From: Flectonema sp. DT1601
Lineage: Eukaryota
DNA length: 64,000 nt
Direction of reading: 5' to 3'
Assembly: GCA_964019425.1 (NCBI GenBank)
Contig: OZ025781.1
Span: 496,001 to 560,000, forward strand
The notes beneath the pieces were generated by a model. That model was not told the DNA's origin and did no database searches. It worked only from the letters and a program-made list of their open reading frames with translations. Of this stretch, positions 36,671-43,830 are shown one piece after another. The position numbers and the translations under genes were made by a program. Position 1 is the first letter of the stretch, and every line of letters starts with the position of its first letter.

Positions 36671-39600
36671 TAGTATTGGAAATCATTTTTTATTTCGTTG
36701 TTCAGAAATCACTTCTCTTGACCTTTCAGGTCTTTGTGGTGTCACCAGTATTGGAAGTTCTTTTTTGTCTAATTGTTCAGAAATCACTTCTGTTGACCTT
36801 TCAGGTCTTAGTAGTGTCACCAGTATTAAAAGTTCTTTTTTGTCTTATTGTTCAGAAATCACTTCTCTTGACCTTTCAGGTCTTAGTAGTGTCACCAGTA
36901 TTGGATATCAATTTTTGTCTAATTGTTCAGAAATCACTTCTGTTGCCTGTTTTTACAGGCTATGGGGCTGTATACGTATGGAAAAGGATGTAATGGAGTG
37001 GCAAGAGAAGTGGGCTCACGACGGGCAGTACGGCTACCGGAAGGGGAGATCTACGCTCGACCTCAGCTGGAAGATAGCACTAGACGTGGAACACGCAACT
37101 CTCTACGGAGAAGAGATTGCAGGAGTGACCACGGACTTCAGGAAGTGTTTCGACCTGATCCCGCACGACATCCTCCTGAAATTGGTGAAGGAATTGGGCC
37201 TCGGTGATAAGATCCTGAGAACTGTGACGGATGTCTACCGGCGACTCAGAAGGAGATTCAAGTTCCCGAGCGGCGTCGGAGAAGAATTTGCCACCACCAA
37301 CGGAATACTGCAAGGATGCCCGCTCAGCGTGGTGCTCTTCAATGCGCTGAGCTCGATACTCAGCAAAGCAATCGAGAGGGAAGCCGATGTGACGCCCGGA
37401 TCGTATGCGGACGACCTGACATTGTTTGGATCACGAACGAAGCTACAAGAAGGCGTAGAAGTCGTTGCGGAGTTCTGCACCCTGACCGGACAAGAACTCG
37501 CGCCTCAGAAATGCAAGTGGTTCTCGAACAGAGACCAGGGCCAGACCAACATCACAATGGGGGACACAACACTGGACTTCGATGACAGTGTCGATATCGT
37601 GGGATGCCACCTCAGTATGAAAGGAACCACCAAGCAGATGGGGAGGATCACGGAAGAAGTGCTCGATAGAGCGAGGCGAATCCGGTTACTTCCGCTCAGA
37701 TATCAAGCGAAGGAACAGATAGCTGCAGCTAGTGTCATGCCCAAGGCGCTCTTCGGAACGGCACTGTACGATCCCGATGCGACGCGACTCGGACTGCTGA
37801 GAAGAGCAATGGCAACGGGGATTTTCCGCAAACTTGGAGGGAAAAGAACTAAGATGTCGCACACCATGGGCCTAACGCTACTCTGCAAGGGACATTGTGT
37901 GGATCCCGCGACGTACATTAGGTACAACAGACTCCTTGCACTCACCAGAATGCTACCGAAGCTAACTGAGAGGATACGCAGGGTATGGGAACACCTGCAG
38001 GAGCACACTGAAGCGACGAGAGGACCAGTCGGCCTCGCCCTGAGTACTCTGAAGGAACTTGGATGGGAATGGTCAACTTTCTCGGTCTTCGAAGGTCCGG
38101 GAGGGATGACCGAACACGGAAGGCTGGATGCGGGGCGCTGGCGGCACGATGTCAGAGAGGCGTGCAGGCGTTTCACCTGGAACAAAACAATTGCGGAAAC
38201 GAGACGGGTAAACCTGAGAGGTATTGAAGCGGGCATCGACCGGAAAGAGACCCTGAAGGTCCTGAAGGAAGGAAAGGGCGACCCCTACCTGCGCGGAGTA
38301 GTGAAGCACTGCCTCCTGGACAACGTGTACACTGGCTCGATGAAGGCGGGAAACAAGAACTGCGCGCACTGCGAGGAGGTTGACGACGTAGAGAGGACGG
38401 AGACCCTCGAGCACGTGAACTGGGATTGCAGAGCTTATGACACAATACGACAGGAATATCCGCAAGTGATGCTACAAGTTCGATGCGATTGGCCCAATTG
38501 CCTGAGGCTACTCGGCATCAAGCCCGACAATGTGGAACTGCCGGCGGGGCTCACCGGAGACCTACAACGAATGTTCGCACGGATCAGGCTCCGCAGGGAC
38601 GACTACCAACAACTGGAGGAGAGACGGCTGACGGTTGTGGAATACGCTGGGAACAAGGAACCGGAAGTAGTTATGCGATACAACAACAAACTGGAAAAGT
38701 ACATGCCAGTATACACCCAATGGCCCGAAGCCCTTGGATTGACCTTGTACTTAGCGCTTGCGAGCTACCTGAGGGAACTGAAGTGGCCTCGACAGCCAGA
38801 CGGGGTCGGAGTCACCTTCCTGGAATTAGCGATCGACTTCGAAGCGTATGCGGGGGTTGACATACCGACCACAGTCCACGAAGGCCACGTAGCGAAGTGC
38901 ACCAAAGACAGAGCCGCCGGGAAGAAAGCTGACGTCATGTGTGGACTGATGCTAAGATTGAACTTGGTTCACAAGCATTTAGAAGGCGAGGAACAAAGAA
39001 CCTTTCCCGACTACTGCGTAGGAAGCAACAAAGCCTTACGTCCACTAGGAGCCCCGGTACTGAAAGGTTTGAAGAAACGACCAGCTTTTCTGATGGGAGA
39101 CGAAACAGTAGACACAATTCGGAGGACGGTCCAGGAGGCGAACGACGGAAAAGCTGACAAAATCAGATTCGGCTTCGAGACTGAGTGCAGGCACTCGAGC
39201 GAGAGGGAAGGGAGAGCGGAGAAATGGATAACCGCGGCACGACTTTTCCCATCAAAGGAAAAAGACGTACAGCTGAGGAGGGAGCTCTGCGAGCGAGGAC
39301 CGACACGCCCGCCACCCGAGGTCGTCAAGAGACCGGGCATCGCGGAGGGACAAGGAACGATGAACTCGACGTGCTACGGGCACTTCAAGAAGAAATGCAA
39401 TAGTTGTCGACGGGCCGGAAACACCATCTACCAGTGCTGCCACAACCATCACACTCTGGGGGATGAAGATGGACAAATACCGATATGGGACTTTTGCAGC
39501 AAGCACAAGCTTACTCCATGTGCAGTCTGCATAGTGATCGGCAGAGGATCTGAGCAATGTTGCAGAAACAGCCACCACCGATGCCGTCACCACGAGATGG

Positions 39601-39836
39601 CTCCCTGCAACGACTGCAAGCGGAATCCGGATCCGGAACAACGGACTGCCACGAAATGCTGCAACAAAAAGCATCACGGGCCAATTATAAGGACGTTGAC
39701 GAGGAGGGCGAAGCAGCCGACGAAGCATGATACGCAAACCAGCACATCGCTTCTAAAATTAGGTTTCACCAAACAAATGAAACCGAAAGCAGAGGAAACC
39801 CCGGAAAGGGAACCACAGGACAAGGGGTTAACTTAG
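36153..39836 (+). CDS. Chimeric ORF: ubiquitin-like domain + 25-aa LRRs fused in frame to 5'-deleted retrotransposon ORF2 (RT core + Zn-binding tail)
   Basis: Open 1227-codon frame. MQVFV..Ubl and 4 full LRRs are followed from ~36952 by YRLWG..QYGY..DFRKCFD..GILQGCPLS..YADD, identical to the full element. Confidence 0.8.
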   Translation: MQVFVTCPDLGFPAVSVTVGADSVVSDVLMEAAGEWDVDAEEVELLFAGDVLCESERLADHGVGGDSELEMRKKLIRIFGKNWFVDDRKREMLLLWIRDHNTEDLYLDTPTFLEDGCLTVDKRLLPSDAKRISFRHSNSNSTVISQVTSIGDDFLYDCSEITSLDLSSISSVTSIGNHFLFRCSEITSLDLSGLCGVTSIGSSFLSNCSEITSVDLSGLSSVTSIKSSFLSYCSEITSLDLSGLSSVTSIGYQFLSNCSEITSVACFYRLWGCIRMEKDVMEWQEKWAHDGQYGYRKGRSTLDLSWKIALDVEHATLYGEEIAGVTTDFRKCFDLIPHDILLKLVKELGLGDKILRTVTDVYRRLRRRFKFPSGVGEEFATTNGILQGCPLSVVLFNALSSILSKAIEREADVTPGSYADDLTLFGSRTKLQEGVEVVAEFCTLTGQELAPQKCKWFSNRDQGQTNITMGDTTLDFDDSVDIVGCHLSMKGTTKQMGRITEEVLDRARRIRLLPLRYQAKEQIAAASVMPKALFGTALYDPDATRLGLLRRAMATGIFRKLGGKRTKMSHTMGLTLLCKGHCVDPATYIRYNRLLALTRMLPKLTERIRRVWEHLQEHTEATRGPVGLALSTLKELGWEWSTFSVFEGPGGMTEHGRLDAGRWRHDVREACRRFTWNKTIAETRRVNLRGIEAGIDRKETLKVLKEGKGDPYLRGVVKHCLLDNVYTGSMKAGNKNCAHCEEVDDVERTETLEHVNWDCRAYDTIRQEYPQVMLQVRCDWPNCLRLLGIKPDNVELPAGLTGDLQRMFARIRLRRDDYQQLEERRLTVVEYAGNKEPEVVMRYNNKLEKYMPVYTQWPEALGLTLYLALASYLRELKWPRQPDGVGVTFLELAIDFEAYAGVDIPTTVHEGHVAKCTKDRAAGKKADVMCGLMLRLNLVHKHLEGEEQRTFPDYCVGSNKALRPLGAPVLKGLKKRPAFLMGDETVDTIRRTVQEANDGKADKIRFGFETECRHSSEREGRAEKWITAARLFPSKEKDVQLRRELCERGPTRPPPEVVKRPGIAEGQGTMNSTCYGHFKKKCNSCRRAGNTIYQCCHNHHTLGDEDGQIPIWDFCSKHKLTPCAVCIVIGRGSEQCCRNSHHRCRHHEMAPCNDCKRNPDPEQRTATKCCNKKHHGPIIRTLTRRAKQPTKHDTQTSTSLLKLGFTKQMKPKAEETPEREPQDKGLT

Positions 39837-39909
39837 GTTGGCCGAACCAGTGCCTCGTCATCTCACCGTGCTAGCAAGCCTGAATGACAGCACTCAAAAT
39901 GGTACATAT
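36952..39909 (+). mobile_element. Non-LTR retrotransposon copy A (5' 4.8 kb missing)
   Basis: Identical to 48620-51577. Lacks the ribozyme, ORF1 and the endonuclease. Confidence 0.92.
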
Positions 39910-40834
39910 AATTGTTCACAAATCACTTCTCTTGACCTTTCAGGTCTTAGTAGTGTCACCAGTATTGAAAGTTTTTTTTTGTCTAATTGTTCACAAATCA
40001 CTTCTCTTGACCTTTCAGGTATTAGTAGTGTCACCAGTATTGGAGTTTGTTTTTTGTCTAAGTGTTCAGAAATCACTTCTCTTGACCTTTCAGGTCTTAG
40101 TAGTGTCACCATTATTGAAAGTTCTTTTTTGTCTTATTGTTCTGAAATCACTTCTCTTGACCTTTCAGGTCTTAGTAGTGTCACTAGTATTGGAAATCAT
40201 TTTTTATTTCGTTTTTCAGAAATCACTTCTCTTGACCTTTCAGGTCTTTGTGGTGTCACCAGTATTGGAAGTTCTTTTTTGTCTAATTGTTCACAAATCA
40301 CTTCTCTTGACCTTTCAGGTCTTAGTAGTGTCACCAGTATTGAAAGTTTTTTTTTGTCTAAGTGTTCACAAATCACTTCTCTTGACCTTTCAGGTCTTAG
40401 TAGTGTCACCAGTATTGAAAGTTTTTTTTTGTCTAAGTGTTCACAAATCACTTCTCTTGACCTTTCAGGTCTTAGTAGTGTCACCAGTATTGAAAGTTTT
40501 TTTTTGTCTAAGTGTTCACAAATCACTTCTCTTGACCTTTCAGGTCTTAGTAGTGTCACCAGTATTGGAGATTGTTTTTTGTCTGAGTGTTCAGAAATCA
40601 CTTCTCTTGACCTTAGTAGTGTCAACTCTTGGTCTTAGTAGTGTCACCAGTATTGAAAGTTCTTTTTTGTCTAATTGTTCAAAAATCACTTCTGTTGACC
40701 TTTCAGGTCTTAGTGATGTTAAAGAAATTGGTGATGCCTTCTTCGATAATTGCAGTGCCCTGGAATCTGTTCAGCTGCCTGAAAATAATGGCGCTCTCTT
40801 TGAACCGTCTGTGAAAGCTGCGATTAATCATTAA
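39910..40834 (+). pseudogene. 3' half of the interrupted Ubl-LRR gene (~11 x 75-bp LRR units, frameshift near 40612-40635), copy 1
   Basis: CS[EQ]ITSLDLSGLSSVTSIxxxFLxx repeats. The C-terminal cap (…KEIGDAFFDNCSALESVQLP…AAINH*) is in a different frame. Confidence 0.85.
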
Positions 40835-43830
40835 ATGTAAAGTGTTGAATTGATTATTGGTTGTCATGTATTTTATATTTTTAATGTTTTGTTGTCAATA
40901 AAACGTGGTATCAACTTTTACCAAGTGACGAGACCTCGGAATCTATGATTCTCCTCGCGTCTCATCACTTCTCTTCCGATGATATTATTCTGCCAAGTTA
41001 TCTTTTTTTCCCTGAGCGTTTAGTATTACTGTTTGCGATTATACAAAAATCTACGTCTGTTTTCTGAGTAATCTTTTTTTTTGTTCCGACGAAGTCAGAG
41101 AAGAAACTATTCAGATTGAAAGTCGATATTTCTTATGGTCATGATTAATTTTCACCATGCGACAGGATTTTATCTGTGTTCAACGAAATATAAGGCTGAT
41201 CTGAATGGTTTTTTTGTTCTTATTTTGTGTCAAACCCCCGTCCTTGGATCTGACAGGTATTTTTCAGTTGAGTACTTTGATATTAATTTAATTTCAATAT
41301 CAAAATTCCATTTTTGGTAACGTGCCGCTAACAATGAATGAAGAGGGAGAAAAGCTTCTGTTTGGTTGGGTCAACCAACTGAACGTTTCTCCGCCGATAT
41401 CGGGACGGAAATTATTTACAAGATATTCGTAAAATGTATCAAGCGAAAGTTATTTTGTAGTGTTCATTCTTTTATCAGACTTTCAAGCCTTTCCCCGTTT
41501 TCAATAATAAATCTTAATCCCACCCGCCATTCCTCGTAGTGCCGATCCTCCCCAAGAGAAGATCGGCACATTAATGTTCATGAAGCAGATACTCTAAGGC
41601 AGACGTCTACTCGTCGTCAAGGGTAGACCGCCAAGTTGACGACCCTATATGTATATGATTACCGAGTGAATTGTTTTCTATCCTTCATCATCATCTTTCT
41701 TTCATCAGGTGCAAAAAGAATGCAATAGTTGATTACCGAGTACAACAAAGTTTTTATATTTATCACTCTAATTTACTAACTCAGTAGATGTAAATTCATG
41801 TAGCGTTGGTGCATCAAAGTAGTTGAGAATTTGAATCGAAACTGCCTCGAAGATTCTGTTTTTAAGTTGTCAAAGTTTCACCCCAACCTTCGGATTTAAT
41901 AAAAGAGCTGTTTTATTATTTTTAATATAAGCTAACTCATTTGTTTGAAAAAAATGATTTCCAATTAATGTCTTTGCTGAAAAAACCCGTCGATGCCACC
42001 ACCCCGACATTATTTGTTAGGATTATACAGAGCCCCCTCATGTTTTCTAACTGAATTCTGGATAACACTACCATAATTTATGTAAAGTGAGTACTCCGCT
42101 ATTAGTGTTGCTACGAACTAACAATATGGGTAGGCCATCAAATTCTGATGGATAGTTTAGGGGGGGGAGTAGGGGGGGGGTACAAGCATCGAATTTACGG
42201 AGATTTTGGGCACTTTCGGTTTTTTTCCGGAGAACAAGTTTTTTGGGCACCCAAACTATGAAAACTGCAACATATACCCCAAAAATGGGGATTGCGATCC
42301 AAAGAAACAGTTCTTCGGCACTTTAGAGCAAGTCTTTGAAAAATCTCAAAAAGTGTGGACCGTGTGGGTACCTGAGGGGGGTGAAAACAAGGGGTGTGTT
42401 AGGAGGGCTCACAAAAATTACAAGTAATTCCGTGCATTGAGCAATCCATAACCAGGGTTTCCCTCTGAGTTGAGTGGGGAATGAAATGGGAACCCAAGTT
42501 TTATTTTTATCGACCTGATTTGAACCTTAATAATATGCTCCACCAGACCGGGCTTGTTAATTCCCCCATGTCCGATGTTTAGGCTACTGGCCTTCTCTTG
42601 AGCATCCCATGTGCTCAGCTTTTGAAATTCGGCTCGAAGCTGTGCTTCTTTCTGTACAAGATAGACAGAGGACCAATCCTTGGATACAGATGGCAGATTA
42701 GTATTAGACCTTGCTGTCTAGAGGTCTTCCCTGTGAGGACGGGGTGGTACGTTCAGCCCCTGTAGCGCCTCCTGTTGTGCTTGTTCTTGCCAATTTGAAG
42801 AGGGTCGGTGGTCCTGCGTTGATGTGGTAGCCTTTGGAAGTCCGTGTACCTCTGGAATATGTTGTACGTTATCAGTAGAGTAGCATTCACGCCACTGGTT
42901 CCATCAGTTGACCAAGAACTATCAACAACACTGAATAACCTCCCCATCCCTTGAGGGGTGCAGGATGACAACGAACGCCACGGTTGTTAGCTTCATCCCA
43001 CGAACACGACGGTACCAGAGGAAGTATCATGCTGCAGCAATTTGACGGAGGGTGAGGAGGAAGCTGCTGCTTCAAGAAGTCAGGTCACCGACAGATCACC
43101 TGTGAATCCATCAAGTCGGACTGTCCTTCGAGATACAGTTGGTGACTTCGACCCGCTTCTCTTCTGTCTGCGCACCTGCGACAGCTTCAACTATGTCACT
43201 CACTCAGGACTTAGTTAGATCTCTCTGCGCCGATCCCTTCTTGCCGCAATATCTGCAGTGTAGTTACGACTCCAAGACTCTAGGAGTATGTCCCCCTCGT
43301 TTGGGTACAGTTGCAAGCGGATGTGTCTTCCGTACTTCTTCGTATGCCGCATGTACTGAAGTGTCTTGTATGCCCTGCTGGTGAGTATGGTTGGGTCTTG
43401 AGTGATGCCTTGAACGGCTTTTTGGACGGGGCATGTTGCCCTATGTCGCTGTTGCTATCTATGGCACTGCTATTTGATGCACTACCACTACAGCTGTCTT
43501 CAGGCTTATCCCTGTTTGGGGTACAGACGTGGCGCTTTGTCTATTCTGTGAGCCTTCTGTGATCACGATTCAGATACTGGACGTTTTTGGACCCCTTTCT
43601 CACGCGTATCTTGCTTCTGACTGTCCAAGTGCTGTTGAGTGACTTCAGGGATGCCTCGGGAGGTGTTTTCATGCACTCCGGGATCAATGCTCTCTTCCGC
43701 AGAATGACTTTGTGAGCTGCCCTGCAGAACGTCGTTTTCCGCTGCGTTATCCTGCCTCTTGACCTTTCAGGTCTTAGTAGTGTCACAAGTATTGGAAATC
43801 ATTTTTTTGTCTGAGTGTTCAGAAATCACT

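Larger units (their letters stand above)
36952..43756. repeat. Segmental duplication, copy 1 (pairs with 48620-55424, offset 11668)
   Basis: ORF-track entries are identical at offset 11668. One substitution was noticed by eye (43004 a / 54672 g). Confidence 0.95.

Noticed and set aside
36952..39909. Copy A as a third independent site-specific insertion
   Set aside because: Its element sequence and downstream flank are essentially identical to copy B, so duplication plus deletion is more parsimonious.
39910..40700. CRISPR-like array (constant repeat + variable spacer)
   Set aside because: The period is exactly 75 bp and encodes LRRs in frame. The variable parts recur and are homologous, there are no cas genes, and the context is eukaryotic.
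36153..40834. Diversity-generating retroelement (RT next to variable repeats)
   Set aside because: The RT is a LINE-type APE-RT with YADD. There is no template/variable repeat pair and no adenine-specific variation.
39884..40834. 316-aa hydrophobic ORF (SLLLTFQVLVVSPVL repeats), also 36403-36993, 51552-52502 and 59122-60126
   Set aside because: Alternative frame of the LRR repeat. Only its last ~60 aa are the true LRR C-terminus after a frameshift.
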